A stretch of 64,000 bases of DNA, from NCBI GenBank assembly GCA_966186595.1, contig CBIFWO010000003.1, positions 306 to 64,305 on the forward strand, written 5' to 3'. Origin of the DNA: an uncultured bacterium. Its GTDB lineage: Bacteria; Patescibacteriota; Saccharimonadia; Saccharimonadales; Saccharimonadaceae. The notes beneath the pieces are model-generated. The model made no database searches. It saw nothing but the letters and a program-made list of their open reading frames with translations, and was not told where the DNA came from. The position numbers were made by a program, and so were the translations under genes. Below, piece after piece: positions 63,730 through 64,000 of this stretch. Each line of letters begins with the position of its first letter. The first letter of the stretch is position 1.

Positions 63730-64000
63730 ATGAGTGAGAGAGATTTATTCGCGATAGCAGCCACCGAAGGTCACTTACCGGAGATTGCCCTAGAACGCGA
63801 TCCAGAGGCCTTATCGCTAGAGGAGACGAGGCAGGCTGTGAGATTTCTTCGTGCCGACAGAGAGAGGCTTAAGCATGAGGCAACACATGACTCGAAACTA
63901 ACGTCAATGCTTAACCCGGGGGAGACCCTTAGGCGTGTGGAAGGTAAGATTGACGCAGGAAAGATGTTTGGTGTCTTTTTCGTTGATATTAACAACTTTA
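63730..64000 (+). CDS. GGDEF-domain (diguanylate cyclase-like) protein, 3'-truncated by window end
   Basis: Hand translation: MSERDLFAIAATEGHLPE...HDSKLTSMLNPGETLRRVEGKIDAGKMFGVFFVDINNF. The D..LT.L.N...........F...F.DI..F pattern marks the start of a GGDEF domain. No stop before nt 64000. Confidence 0.55.
   Translation, partial: MSERDLFAIAATEGHLPEIALERDPEALSLEETRQAVRFLRADRERLKHEATHDSKLTSMLNPGETLRRVEGKIDAGKMFGVFFVDINNF

Noticed and set aside
1-64000. Search for CRISPR arrays, rRNA genes, integrases, transposases and prophage genes
   Set aside because: None was found. The only repeats are the three diverged cupin units and the three Cys-rich paralogs. No short regularly spaced direct repeats are present, and no recombinase motifs appear in any frame of the ORF track.

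Overview
This is a gene-dense 64-kb window from a small bacterial genome. Hand counts of 60-nt samples give a backbone of about 48-50 % GC. The core genes are valS, tsaD, tsaC, a short murE, two FemAB-family genes, groES/groEL behind a CIRCE operator, a MacB-type ABC pair, a class I RNR operon with NrdR boxes, a Mn/Zn ABC importer, gdh, pyrG, argS, mscL, msrB, orn, dnaG-rpoD, polA, mutM, holA, rpsT, truB, rpsO and two tRNA-Ser. This content, together with Lys-rich tails on housekeeping proteins, many orphan small proteins and few metabolic genes, fits a Patescibacteria/CPR (Saccharibacteria-like) organism. That assignment cannot be proven without a database search. On top of this backbone sit at least 13 short GC-rich insertions (about 60-68 % GC in hand-counted samples, with G/C-ending codons). 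Most carry one or two genes, and most have their own promoter-like motif, a GGAGG-type SD and a GC-rich hairpin. I found no integrase, transposase or CRISPR array. The most striking accessory content flanks murE. On one side is a triplicated cassette, each unit pairing a conserved 54-62-aa peptide ORF with a translationally coupled, half-size JmjC/cupin_4-like Fe(II)/2OG oxygenase (12.9-15.9 kb). On the other side are three paralogous 6-Cys mini-proteins (17.2-18.2 kb). Two of the GC-rich genes encode secreted peptidoglycan hydrolases: an Amidase_2 protein with SH3b-like repeats, and an M15/LAS peptidase. Smaller oddities are listed under findings: NrdR-like boxes on the pyrG promoter, a class Ic-like NrdB with Phe at the radical-Tyr position, a CxxC mini-ORF between nrdA and nrdB, a DnaG whose zinc-finger ligands are all substituted, and apparently leaderless core genes.
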